From Pseudomonadota bacterium (GTDB taxonomy: Bacteria; Bdellovibrionota_B; Oligoflexia; Silvanigrellales; Silvanigrellaceae), in the NCBI GenBank assembly GCA_039799905.1, contig JBDLRP010000019.1:60830-124829 (forward strand): a stretch of 64,000 bases of DNA, read 5' to 3'. The translations under genes and the position numbers were made by a program. A model generated the notes under the pieces. That model was given only the letters and a program-made list of their open reading frames with translations, did not search any database and was not told where the DNA came from. Positions 1 through 9,515 of the stretch are shown in pieces (within the stretch, counting starts at the first letter, position 1; each line of letters begins with the position of its first letter).

Positions 1-1050
1 GCCTTTGTGAGCTGCACACCAGCGGTTTCTTGGTGGAACCGACAAACGCTGACGAAGTCCGCACAGCCCCAGTCTGAGCAAGCGCTTGTGAGCAATGCAT
101 TTGCCTATGCCCGATATGTGGCCGTCAATCTCGGTGGTTCAACCGAGGGGGGCGGCTGGAGCGACGAGTCGATTCGCCACTCCTTGAAAAAGAGTGCAGC
201 AAACTCTGGTCTTTCGCCGTCCGACACGCTGAAGTTTTTTTCCATACAACCGTCTTCCTCTGCACAGGGGGCTACCGCTCAGCGCATCGACGAGTTCACT
301 GCCCAGCACAGGGCCTGCAGCGAGTCGGCATCGGGCAACCCACGCAACTGCTGCGAAGCGTTGGCGTGGCCCATGGCTGTCTTGCCCGAATGGAGTCAGA
401 TGCCCGAAGAGCAGCGTGCACGACTGAGCCAAAGCGTTCAGAAGGGCTCCGCCGGAGGGCCGTCTTTAAGTATATTCGACAGTTGGGACGACACTCGGTC
501 GGCCGACGCAGCCTTCCGTGCACAAGGGCTCAAGGCATGGCTTTCGGTTTGTCATGCTGTGGTTACGGAACAACCCGAAACAATACACCAGTTTAAGGAA
601 TCTGCGTGGTACAAAGATGGTCAATCGGAAGGTCAATGGACGAAGGTCTTGCACGCCAAATCACGCGCGAAACGTATGCCCAGAAGAATCTACAAGCGTT
701 CCGATGGTGTCGTTTCGCTCGCTGAAACTCTTAAGCCGAGCGATTGCAGCGTGCTTGAAAGTGAAATCATCATCCGCAGGCCCGACGGCTCCTTAAACTT
801 TTGGGTATACGACTCCCAGGGGCGACGAGTTGCGACGAGCCACTTTCCGCCCGCGGGCCCGAGCAGCGGCCTTGCCGTGAGGACAATCGAAAAGCCCTCT
901 CCGGACAGTTGCATGGGCTGCCATTATGACCTTAAAACCCGTGAATTCAACGTGATGTTCCCGTCGGCCGAGGTTTTGAATCTTGCCCCGACGAGCTCAC
1001 TTCCCGTGTTATGCCAAGAGCCCGATGACGAGCTGGCCGAGGATAACTGA
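1..1050 (+). CDS. 5'-truncated probable lipoprotein with a single c-type heme motif
   Basis: Frame is open from base 1 (AFVSC, lipobox-like). CMGCH (CxxCH) at 910-924. Confidence 0.6.
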   Translation, partial: AFVSCTPAVSWWNRQTLTKSAQPQSEQALVSNAFAYARYVAVNLGGSTEGGGWSDESIRHSLKKSAANSGLSPSDTLKFFSIQPSSSAQGATAQRIDEFTAQHRACSESASGNPRNCCEALAWPMAVLPEWSQMPEEQRARLSQSVQKGSAGGPSLSIFDSWDDTRSADAAFRAQGLKAWLSVCHAVVTEQPETIHQFKESAWYKDGQSEGQWTKVLHAKSRAKRMPRRIYKRSDGVVSLAETLKPSDCSVLESEIIIRRPDGSLNFWVYDSQGRRVATSHFPPAGPSSGLAVRTIEKPSPDSCMGCHYDLKTREFNVMFPSAEVLNLAPTSSLPVLCQEPDDELAEDN

Positions 1051-1221
1051 CCATCCGAATGGGGTGAGGCTGCATTAATCGTAAAGGACCGATTTTTTAG
1101 CCCTGAGGGTTCGGCCAACCAGCCGAAAATCCGAAGAGAAAATCTCTCGACAAAATAATATTTGTGTTTTACCGCCAACCCTCCGGAATCGATGTTCCGT
1201 ATGGCAAGAGGATTGGTGTTC

Positions 1222-3189
1222 ATGCGCTCAGGATTGAAGTTTTTTGTTTGCACGATTGCGACATTTTTACTTCCCGCTTGTTCGCAACAAACGGATGTCG
1301 CGGTAGCCCGCTTCAGTTCAGAAATTGCCTCCGTCACGGCCCAGCCGGCCAAGAAGACTGCGTGTGTCAGTTTTCAGGGTAATGGCGTTTATTTTTCTTC
1401 ACATGTTGGTGCCCTGATTGCACTTCTTGAAAGTAATTACGAACCGGTGTTTGCGACAGGCGGGTCGAGCGGGGCAATTCTTGCAAGTGTTTCTCGCGCA
1501 TTGGTTGAGAATCCCTCACTTGCAGGCCGCTCGGGATTCAACCCACAGGACGCAGCGCGCGTTTTGTCGGCCAGCGCTCCAATCATCGAGTCTGTATTGT
1601 TTCTTCCGCGTTTCACAACTCCTTTGATGCTGCTCGATTCACTGGATGTCTTCCTGACCGGGTCAAGTTTGGGCGTTCTGCGTTCCGATCCCACGGACGG
1701 TTTGGTAAATGCCGAATCGATTGTCGGACAGGCGTCGTTGGTCATTGATTTTTACCGCACCGCGGATTTCTCCATCGCAATTCGGAAAAACTCAGTCGCC
1801 GAGCGCGAAAAAGCAATTGCGCAGATTTGGAAAAACTTCGCCAACACCATCGACGTCACTCCTGAGCAAGTTGCCGATGCAATTCTGCAGAGCCGCGAGA
1901 CTCTTCAGGCCGGTGGTCACACGCATCTGGTGATGATTCAAGACCGTTTTTTCAAGCTCTATCGCAGCAAAAAAGACACGTTTCACACAAACTACAAAAC
2001 ACAGCAGGAATCGTGGAATCGTTTGATTGGTGGAAACGCCAAGACGTTCGGACTCGACTCCAGAGAGCGCCGGCAGGGTTTGTTTAAAAAGCTTATCGAG
2101 CGCATCAAAACGCTTGAAAGCTTCGATGCACTGGCTGCCACACTTTCCGGACAGTTCATGCTTGCCGATCCGGACCGCGTTTATCGCGCATTCGAAGGCT
2201 TCGATTCGCGCACAAACAATCGCATTGAGATTCCCTCCAACACAATCATCCACAGTACCGCACGGCGTGCAAAGAAGTCTGATGGTGAGTGGAAGGAAGC
2301 TCAAGGCATAAATAATTTGCATCAGGTGTATTTCACCAATCCCGCACAGAGCGGCGCGGTTGCTGATGTTCTCACCCGTCCTGAAAACAATCCCCTGCAG
2401 CCACACGACCGCTCTGCCCAGCCGGTGATTCCGAGTTCTCGAATTGTGGTGACAGGACAAACTCTGGGACCAACTCTGGCTGCAACAACCGGCGAACCGA
2501 CTGCGTTTTTGCGTTTCCCGCTGCAGCTTGATGTGCCTGCTCGGCTTCGGCTCGGCTGGACCAACGTAAACGAGGAATTGTTTGGTTACGGCGGTTGGCT
2601 TGAAAAAGTCTCGCTCGGCACGGGCCGGCAATTCGAAACCTGTGATTCACGCAATGTGGATGTCTATTTTTACACGTCAGACGGCGACGGTGTGAATCGT
2701 TTTGCCAAAATGGCTTTGCTTGGACTGTTTTTGGATGCGCCGATGCGCGGACTTCTCGCCCGTCAGATTGAGAATCCGACAGACATCAAGGCTCTTCTCG
2801 GCGGAAACAGCACACACAACGGCTTCGCCGAAGATGACATTCAGGCGGATTTTGATGCAACCGTCGGGGCTGCCGACAGTATTTTTTCCGACAACCGCAA
2901 CGCACGCGGCCGCGTCGGGCACATTCCTGTCAACTTTAATTACGTGAATCCGTCTGAAGTGAAGGGTGCTCTTGCTGAGCAGGCAAACGTTGCCATCCGT
3001 TCAAATCGTCGGGCCATGATTCTTGCTGCCTACGAGTTTTCTCGGCGTTTGATGTCCGAAAAGGGACTCTCGCGCACCTCGCTCGACTTATGGAATATTT
3101 CTGGCGACGACATCAGCATTCTTCCGCAAGGGAATCCCGAAGATATTCTGGCAACCGTAAATGCGGCATACCCTCGCCTGAGCTATTGA
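1222..3189 (+). CDS. patatin-like phospholipase-fold lipoprotein with a large insertion
   Basis: LLPAC lipobox; glycine-rich SFQGNG..HVGAL segment; nucleophile elbow GGSSG. Start chosen from the AGAGGA RBS; the ORF track starts at 1162. Confidence 0.65.
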   Translation: MRSGLKFFVCTIATFLLPACSQQTDVAVARFSSEIASVTAQPAKKTACVSFQGNGVYFSSHVGALIALLESNYEPVFATGGSSGAILASVSRALVENPSLAGRSGFNPQDAARVLSASAPIIESVLFLPRFTTPLMLLDSLDVFLTGSSLGVLRSDPTDGLVNAESIVGQASLVIDFYRTADFSIAIRKNSVAEREKAIAQIWKNFANTIDVTPEQVADAILQSRETLQAGGHTHLVMIQDRFFKLYRSKKDTFHTNYKTQQESWNRLIGGNAKTFGLDSRERRQGLFKKLIERIKTLESFDALAATLSGQFMLADPDRVYRAFEGFDSRTNNRIEIPSNTIIHSTARRAKKSDGEWKEAQGINNLHQVYFTNPAQSGAVADVLTRPENNPLQPHDRSAQPVIPSSRIVVTGQTLGPTLAATTGEPTAFLRFPLQLDVPARLRLGWTNVNEELFGYGGWLEKVSLGTGRQFETCDSRNVDVYFYTSDGDGVNRFAKMALLGLFLDAPMRGLLARQIENPTDIKALLGGNSTHNGFAEDDIQADFDATVGAADSIFSDNRNARGRVGHIPVNFNYVNPSEVKGALAEQANVAIRSNRRAMILAAYEFSRRLMSEKGLSRTSLDLWNISGDDISILPQGNPEDILATVNAAYPRLSY

Positions 3190-3623
3190 ATTTTTGCTTT
3201 GTCGGGCGTCAGGGGCATGTTGTCGCCGCTGTATTTTTCACGCTCTGCGATTTTGACAAAATGCTCCGCGGCCGCCACCAGTTCCCGCACGCGGAAGGGT
3301 TTCTGGAAGATCGCGTCTGCACCGATGACATGGGCATCTTCGCGGCTTACATCGTCATAGGCGGTCATGATGAAAACCGCCGGCCTCATAGATTTGCGTT
3401 CCTCAGCTATTTTTTTCACCAGTGTTTGTCCGGAATGGCCGGGCATTCGAATGTCGGTGACCACCAGTTGAAGTTCTGAAAAGTGTTTTCTGCAAAGCTC
3501 TTCGGCTTTGCAGCCGTCTGGAGCTGTCAGAACACGCCAACCCCGCTGCTGAAGATGCCAGCTCAGCTCCTCAAGAATTGAGTGTTCGTCATCTACCAGC
3601 AGCGCCGTCGGTAAAGTGCCCAT
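3183..3623 (-). CDS. single-domain response regulator (receiver)
   Basis: LLVDDE, VTDIRMPG (phospho-Asp), MTAY and QKPF motifs. Confidence 0.9.
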   Translation of the reverse strand: MGTLPTALLVDDEHSILEELSWHLQQRGWRVLTAPDGCKAEELCRKHFSELQLVVTDIRMPGHSGQTLVKKIAEERKSMRPAVFIMTAYDDVSREDAHVIGADAIFQKPFRVRELVAAAEHFVKIAEREKYSGDNMPLTPDKAKIQ

Positions 3624-3654
3624 AGCGTGTGATCACCCCCTGAAACTTTTGATT

Positions 3655-3681
3655 TTTTCGGTCAGATTTCTCAATTGTTGA
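3655..3681 (-). promoter_or_regulatory. sigma-28-like promoter TCAA-N15-ACCGAAAA
   Basis: Matches the TAAA-N15-GCCGATAA consensus spacing, upstream of the response regulator. Confidence 0.55.
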
Positions 3682-3689
3682 GGCGTTTT

Positions 3690-3700
3690 AAAAAAAAAAA
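3690..3700. repeat. A11 homopolymer between divergent promoters
   Basis: Eleven consecutive A, seen directly. Confidence 0.9.
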
Positions 3701-3711
3701 TCAACAGGTCT

Positions 3712-3738
3712 TAAATTTTGTCTGCTGACTCCCGATGC
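3712..3738 (+). promoter_or_regulatory. sigma-28-like promoter TAAA-N15-CCCGATGC
   Basis: Consensus-like elements with an exact 15-nt spacer, upstream of the GGAGGT RBS and GTG at 3784. Confidence 0.55.
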
Positions 3739-3783
3739 CTCTCACAGACAAGCCCGGAAAACGACCGAGTTGTGGAGGTTGGT

Positions 3784-4728
3784 GTGAGTGAGGAGCAAGG
3801 CAGCAGTGCACAGGGCCGGCCTACATACCGTGGTTCTCCGCGTCAATTGAGTCAGCAGCTCGGTATCCCGATACAAGATATTTTGTCTGCCATCGAGTTT
3901 GCACAAATCGAGGCGCTGCAAAGCGAATCGGGGCAGCTGGAGTTCGAGATAAAGTCTGTTGTGTCGGCCTATTTGGAACAAAACCGTCAACGCGATGCAG
4001 AACAGACCAGCCGAATGCAATCTATGCTGCGCGAGTGTCTTGATGCGTATCAGGAGTCAGTCAGGCAGATGATACGTGAGGAAAATCGCGTCGCGTATCA
4101 GATTAAAGACATGACGGAATCGCGCTTTTTGGAAGTGCTCGGACAGGTGAGCCTGTCGATAGGCCGTGTTGAGGCTTTTGTCATGCAAGGCGCACGCCTA
4201 CTAAGTCAGCTCGACATTCGGATGTCACGACTGGATGAGCACAAGGCAAATGACGCGCAGGTGCCCGTAGCTGCACCGGCATCCGCGGCACAGCAGGCGC
4301 CATTGAAATCAGTGATTCCTGCTGCCCAGGCTCGCCAGCTTTCGAATAGCGAGCATTGGAAGGAATTTGAAACGCAAATGACAAGGCTTTTCGCCGCACA
4401 GGGCAAGATGGCCGATTCAGCTATCGCCGACTGGCTCGCATCGGCAAAGGCATTGTTGAATCTTGGCAGTCTGGAGTTGCGTCTCAACGGTGAGCATCTG
4501 CTCGAAGCGGTGCGCCCGGCTCTGATGGACAACAGTTTTGCCGGACTGCATTTTTCACTTCCCGCAGATGATCAGGTGCTACCTGCGTTTGAAAATTTCC
4601 AAAATTGGATTCGTACCGAGCGCGCACAGGGTCACTCTGCGATTTTACTTTATCTGATATTGATTTTGAATCGCGGACCGCAAATCAGCTGGTCGGGTTT
4701 TGTGATGACCTTCGTTCAGGAAGTGTGA
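3784..4728 (+). CDS. hypothetical protein, possible N-terminal helix-turn-helix and coiled coil
   Basis: Long ORF with GGAGGT RBS before GTG 3784. SPRQLSQQLGIPIQDI resembles an HTH (weak). Confidence 0.6.
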   Translation: MSEEQGSSAQGRPTYRGSPRQLSQQLGIPIQDILSAIEFAQIEALQSESGQLEFEIKSVVSAYLEQNRQRDAEQTSRMQSMLRECLDAYQESVRQMIREENRVAYQIKDMTESRFLEVLGQVSLSIGRVEAFVMQGARLLSQLDIRMSRLDEHKANDAQVPVAAPASAAQQAPLKSVIPAAQARQLSNSEHWKEFETQMTRLFAAQGKMADSAIADWLASAKALLNLGSLELRLNGEHLLEAVRPALMDNSFAGLHFSLPADDQVLPAFENFQNWIRTERAQGHSAILLYLILILNRGPQISWSGFVMTFVQEV

Positions 4729-4747
4729 ACGACGCAGCATATTAAGT

Positions 4748-6049
4748 GTGGGAGCCGGCATGTGGAGGGCACGGGTTGCAGACGTGATGAATCCTATGGG
4801 TTCCTTGTTGGGGCGACCGTTCCGCAATGCAGCGGATTCATATTTTCACTCCTCAAAAAGGGACGCGCTGTTCCTTGCTGCGTGGCAGCGTGCCATCGAC
4901 CCGAGCTGCAGCGTGATCTTGAATTTCAACGGGCAAGCAGTTCTTCAGCAAGGCCTGCAGACAATCGTTCAACTCGCTGAGGCATTGCTGGAGAATACAA
5001 CCTATCAGGCGTCGGATGCTAAAATTGGCTCGTTGACGAATTTTTCTTCGGGTCAACTTCCCGATCCACATCCGGCACAAAAAGAAACAGCAGAGCTCCG
5101 CCTGCGCGAGGAGGTGTTGTACTTCTTCGGAACCCTTGCGGGGCTCGCACGAAACTCAGGCACTGCGGAAAAGGTAAGGTCATTCGAGTATCTAGCCACG
5201 GTTGTTGGACAGAAGGATGAACTGTTGCCGATGATCGTCGGTGAGCATCTGGGCGAAGCGATGCGCAAGAATTTCGAATTTCTGTGCTCGTTGCATTATT
5301 TTAGTTCCAATTCCCGGCAGACGGGTCGAGTTGCGAAGCTCTACAAAATTGAAATGGAGCTGCAGGAGTGTTGTTTCATCATTCCACCTTTTGAAATTGC
5401 CGAGAAACAACCGGCAACTTTCAATTGCAGAAAGATCAGATCTCTCAGGCAGGACGGTTCTGATCCTGCCGTCATCTTTCTCCCTTCGGCTTTTGCAGCG
5501 GGCGACTTTTCTGCGCGCGAAAAGCTGTTGCCTGTGATTGCGAGTCACCTGGCTGCTGGCCTGAGGGAGTATTATTTTGTTGATTCCTTTCATCACCGGC
5601 TGCGCTGGATGGAAAGGTTATCGCACTTCCGTCAGGCAGAGCGCAGAGAAGCTCTGCGGCGTGAGCCTTTGCGTGCACAGGCCGTATTGGATTCGCGCAG
5701 CGGACGCCAGCAAATCGCAATTCTTTCGCCCGAAACACTCAGTTTTCTTGAGCTGTTAATGCAAACCCGAAATTTCACGGAATTTCCTCTTGCACTGCAG
5801 GAAATTCTTCACACCTCTCTCGAGCTTGACTCAATACGCCAGCGTGGGCGCTGTGGGATGCCGATTGCCTTTGATTTTATTGTTCTCTGCGAGGCATTGG
5901 CTGTGGAGTCGTATCAGTTGCGCTCAAAGCGTGTACTAAATACTTTGACTGATGCCGCCCTTCAGAAGTTTTTTGATGCAACTCTGCGCCGTCAGCATTT
6001 TGATAGTGATGAGTGCTACAGGCTCCTCAGTGAGTGTGTGGTTGATTGA
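4748..6049 (+). CDS. hypothetical protein
   Basis: 433-aa ORF in operon-like arrangement; no family recognised; start uncertain. Confidence 0.6.
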   Translation: MGAGMWRARVADVMNPMGSLLGRPFRNAADSYFHSSKRDALFLAAWQRAIDPSCSVILNFNGQAVLQQGLQTIVQLAEALLENTTYQASDAKIGSLTNFSSGQLPDPHPAQKETAELRLREEVLYFFGTLAGLARNSGTAEKVRSFEYLATVVGQKDELLPMIVGEHLGEAMRKNFEFLCSLHYFSSNSRQTGRVAKLYKIEMELQECCFIIPPFEIAEKQPATFNCRKIRSLRQDGSDPAVIFLPSAFAAGDFSAREKLLPVIASHLAAGLREYYFVDSFHHRLRWMERLSHFRQAERREALRREPLRAQAVLDSRSGRQQIAILSPETLSFLELLMQTRNFTEFPLALQEILHTSLELDSIRQRGRCGMPIAFDFIVLCEALAVESYQLRSKRVLNTLTDAALQKFFDATLRRQHFDSDECYRLLSECVVD

Positions 6050-6205
6050 CTGATTTGGTGGCATTTTAAATTCAAGACTCGCAGCTCCACAAGTTGTTAC
6101 ATCTCGCAACTGACGGGTGTGGACCAGCTGACTCTGTTTTCTTCCTCTGCGCGCGATACCATTCTCTCTGCAACACACAAACACGCTTGCGGAGGAGTCC
6201 GGCAA

Positions 6206-7459
6206 ATGAAAGTTTTTCGTTCGGCATTCTGGCTTGTTTCGTTGACATCGGGTGTTTCTCTGTGGACGGCAACTGCACAGGCATCTGCTGAAGCCCGTCA
6301 CCTGAAGTTTCGCAGCGAGAAGGCCTTGGAGAGGTTTCTGCAAAACAATCCACATGCCGAGCGAGTGCATCCGCAGTTGATGTGGGTTGAGATTGCTGAC
6401 AGCCGTTTTACTGCGCTGTCGGATGGCGACTTGAGTGCACTTGGAATTGAGAAAAGTGAATCAGACCAGATGCTCTACCGTATTCCGCGCACGATCCGTG
6501 AGCCGCTGGTTGAGGCCGATACACCCAACACGAAGCTTTGGGGAATCAGCAAAATTCTTGCTCCCGCCGCGTGGAGTGTGACCCGCGGTAGCGAAGATGT
6601 GATTGTGGCAGTTGTGGATACGGGTATCGATTACAACCACCCTGCGCTCAAAAGTAACATGTGGATTAACAACGCCGAGCGCAATGGAAAGGCCGGTGTT
6701 GACGATGACGGCAACGGACTCGTGGACGACATCCACGGCGCAAATTTTATTTCCAACAACCCGACACCCATGGACGACGAAGGCCATGGCAGTCATGTGG
6801 CGGGTACAATCGCCGGAAACCTTGCCACAGAAGGCTTTTTTGGTGTCGCGCCAAACATCAGGCTGATGGCTATAAAAACACACAACACGCGCGGCGAAGG
6901 CAGCAAATCTTCTGTCGTGCGCGGCATTCTGTATGCGGCTGATCATGGTGCACGTGTGTTGAACTGCTCTTGGGGCGGCGCGCCTGAGGCCGGCGAATAC
7001 GACCAGATGCTCTTTGATGCCATTGCGTATGCGAACAAAAAGGGTGCTTTGCTGGTGGCGTCGGCCGGAAATGCTGCGGACAACAACGACACCGGCATGC
7101 ACTTTCCCTCGAACTATGAGCTGGACGGCATTATTTCTGTCGCGTCGTCCACCAATACGGATACCCGTTCATACTTCTCAAACTACGGTTCAAGAACAGT
7201 AGACCTTGCCGCACCAGGCTCGAATATCTGGAGCGCGGCGGCCGGCAAGCAAGGGTATGTTTATTTGTCGGGAACGAGCATGGCCAGTCCGCACGTCTCT
7301 GGTGCGGCAGCTTTGCTGGCATCCACACAGAGTGGACGTGCAATGAGTGCGGCGCAACTGCGCGAAACGCTGATGAACAACGTTGAAAAACTTAAAGACT
7401 GGACCGGACGGGTTATTTCCGGCGGCCGGCTCAGTCTTGGTTTCCTGAACCGCGATTAA
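6206..7459 (+). CDS. secreted S8 (subtilisin-like) serine peptidase
   Basis: Signal peptide; catalytic motifs VAVVDTG, HGSHVAG and GTSMASP; GGAGGA RBS. Confidence 0.95.
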   Translation: MKVFRSAFWLVSLTSGVSLWTATAQASAEARHLKFRSEKALERFLQNNPHAERVHPQLMWVEIADSRFTALSDGDLSALGIEKSESDQMLYRIPRTIREPLVEADTPNTKLWGISKILAPAAWSVTRGSEDVIVAVVDTGIDYNHPALKSNMWINNAERNGKAGVDDDGNGLVDDIHGANFISNNPTPMDDEGHGSHVAGTIAGNLATEGFFGVAPNIRLMAIKTHNTRGEGSKSSVVRGILYAADHGARVLNCSWGGAPEAGEYDQMLFDAIAYANKKGALLVASAGNAADNNDTGMHFPSNYELDGIISVASSTNTDTRSYFSNYGSRTVDLAAPGSNIWSAAAGKQGYVYLSGTSMASPHVSGAAALLASTQSGRAMSAAQLRETLMNNVEKLKDWTGRVISGGRLSLGFLNRD

Positions 7460-8376
7460 TTTGATTTCGCGGGTGTTGCGTCGATCGAGTTGAGTGCCTC
7501 GAAGCCGGGAAGTTTGCTCAGGTCTGGCACGACAACAATTTCGACACGTCGATTGGCAGCACGGCCTTCTTTTGTGTCGTTGGGGCGCGCAGGTTTTGCC
7601 TCACCGTAGCTGGCAGCGCTGATGCGGGTGTCCGGCATGCCTGCCTCCACCATTTTCTTCAGCACAGAAATCGCGCGTGCCGCCGCGAGTTCCCAGTTGC
7701 TGGCGAACTTTCCACCCGAGATAGCCACGTTATCTGTGTGCCCTTCAATCTGGAATTTTTTGTCAGGAATGACCTGCAGAAGTGCAGCCACTTCTTGAAC
7801 CGCTTTTTGACCGTCGGTTGTCAGGGCCGATGAACCGCTGCGGAAGAGCAGGTCAGAATTCAATGCCACAACCATCCGGCCGTCGACCACGCGGACATTG
7901 AGTTTGCCCGCGTCGATCAGGGTTTTGAACTTGACCAGAAGGTCTTGATATTCAGCAACGCGTTTTTCTGTTTCGGCCTTGTTCTTTTCCATTTCGGCAA
8001 GTGCCGTGCGGAGTTTGTCGTTGTCCGACTGAACCTGCGTCAGCGAGCCTTCAAGAATGGATTTGTCTTTGCTGACGGCTGTCACGGTCTTTTCAAGAGT
8101 GGAGGCCTTTTGCTCCAGTGAAGTTGCCTTTTGTTCCAAGGTGCCGGCCTTTGCCTCAAGAGCGGTTGCTTTTTGGCTCAGGTCGGTTGTCTTCGCGGAT
8201 TCGCTTTTGAGCGACACGCTCAGCTCTTCGATAGTCTTGTTACGTTTGGCAAGGTCCTGCTCGGTGGTTTTCAGTCGGGCCTCAAGTGAATCATACTTGG
8301 TACGGCTGACACACCCAGCACTGAGAGCGAGCAGGGCCGCGGCTGACGGCAACAAAATGGTTCTCAATTTTTGCAT
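7456..8376 (-). CDS. OmpA/MotB-family peptidoglycan-binding lipoprotein with long coiled coil
   Basis: LSAGC lipobox; coiled coil; IEGHTDN, NWELAAARA and NRRVEI motifs. Confidence 0.9.
   Translation of the reverse strand: MQKLRTILLPSAAALLALSAGCVSRTKYDSLEARLKTTEQDLAKRNKTIEELSVSLKSESAKTTDLSQKATALEAKAGTLEQKATSLEQKASTLEKTVTAVSKDKSILEGSLTQVQSDNDKLRTALAEMEKNKAETEKRVAEYQDLLVKFKTLIDAGKLNVRVVDGRMVVALNSDLLFRSGSSALTTDGQKAVQEVAALLQVIPDKKFQIEGHTDNVAISGGKFASNWELAAARAISVLKKMVEAGMPDTRISAASYGEAKPARPNDTKEGRAANRRVEIVVVPDLSKLPGFEALNSIDATPAKSN
8092..8181 (-). repeat. degenerate 21-bp (heptad) tandem repeat inside the CDS
   Basis: Encodes LSQKATA-LEAKAGT-LEQKATS-LEQKAST-LE. Confidence 0.7.
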
Positions 8377-8447
8377 TGTGACTCTCCCTTGTTAAACTTG
8401 AACTAGAATTTTTTCCCAAAGTGGTCTCATTGGCAAGGGAGTGAAAC

Positions 8448-9500
8448 ATGACTGTCAGCGGCAAGTGGCTGCTTCCGGCTGCGTTGTTTGTCGGCGGTGC
8501 GCTGGGTTGGCTCGCGCGCGGTTCGCGGCCCGACAAAACTGCCGTCATCGGGCTCAATGAAAATGCGCTTGCGGTTTCAATAAACGGCTCCGGCTATCGC
8601 TACAGCGATTTTCCCGCCGATCTGCAGCAGTCGGTGCACGATTCATTTATGCAGGCCAACAATGCGCTCCGGCTTGCCGGCGAGGATCTTGCAGCGCGTC
8701 TGGCCATCAACGGCGGCAATCCCAAGGATTTTTCGTGGGAAGAAAAGCTGGCAGACAAAATAACTGAGCAAAAGCTGCGCGAGACCTACGACAAAGTCCC
8801 CGGATTCACCAACCTCGGCAGCTTTGCTGTAGCGCGTCCGCAACTGATTGATTTCGTCATCCGGCAGGAACGCGACAAGCTGATTGGCGAGCAAAGGGCA
8901 AAGTTGGTGCAGGAAAAAGGGCTGCAAATGAACTGGAACCTGCCGCTGGGGCCACGTTTGCCGCTGTCGTTTTCAGATTATCCCGTCATTGAGACGGGCC
9001 CTGCCGACGCACCCGTTGCCGGCGAACTGCAGGTCGTGTTCGGCTACAATCAACTGTATGCGGATGGCGCCTTCCTGCGGCTCGACCGGCTTGCCGGAGA
9101 TCTTAAAAAGCGCATTCGTATGCGCTTGGTCGCGGAATACAACGGACTGAGCAAAGAAAAACTCGCCATTGAACTCGTCCGATGTCTGGCCGCCGTGAGC
9201 GCGCAGCCGCGTGACGCTTGGATTGTTCATTATCGGCTGCTCGAAGAGATTCCCAAGTTAATCGAGCCAGTTGAGAAGCTGGACCTGCAAACCTACTTTG
9301 GCGGAGTGCCTGAACTGCTCAAACGGGTGAGTTCATGTCAGCCAAAACCGTTCGACGAACAGGCGTACCGCAAGAACTCGCAGGAATGGAAGATTCTGCG
9401 CGGCAGCAATCAGGCGATGCTCTTTTTCGAAGGGCGGCGGTTGTCGGAGTACGATCCGCGCGGGATTGAATCGCTGGTGCGCGAGCAGTTGCGTGAGTGA
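8448..9500 (+). CDS. DsbA-like thioredoxin-fold membrane-anchored protein lacking CxxC
   Basis: N-terminal TM and helical domain, then GPADAPV...LVRCL...FFEGRRLS resembling the DsbA scaffold; no CxxC. Confidence 0.55.
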   Translation: MTVSGKWLLPAALFVGGALGWLARGSRPDKTAVIGLNENALAVSINGSGYRYSDFPADLQQSVHDSFMQANNALRLAGEDLAARLAINGGNPKDFSWEEKLADKITEQKLRETYDKVPGFTNLGSFAVARPQLIDFVIRQERDKLIGEQRAKLVQEKGLQMNWNLPLGPRLPLSFSDYPVIETGPADAPVAGELQVVFGYNQLYADGAFLRLDRLAGDLKKRIRMRLVAEYNGLSKEKLAIELVRCLAAVSAQPRDAWIVHYRLLEEIPKLIEPVEKLDLQTYFGGVPELLKRVSSCQPKPFDEQAYRKNSQEWKILRGSNQAMLFFEGRRLSEYDPRGIESLVREQLRE

Positions 9501-9515
9501 TGTGGGAAGGGTTTC

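Noticed and set aside
7456..8376. Second motB stator gene
   Set aside because: It has a lipobox, lacks the Asp-containing TM, and has no motA partner.
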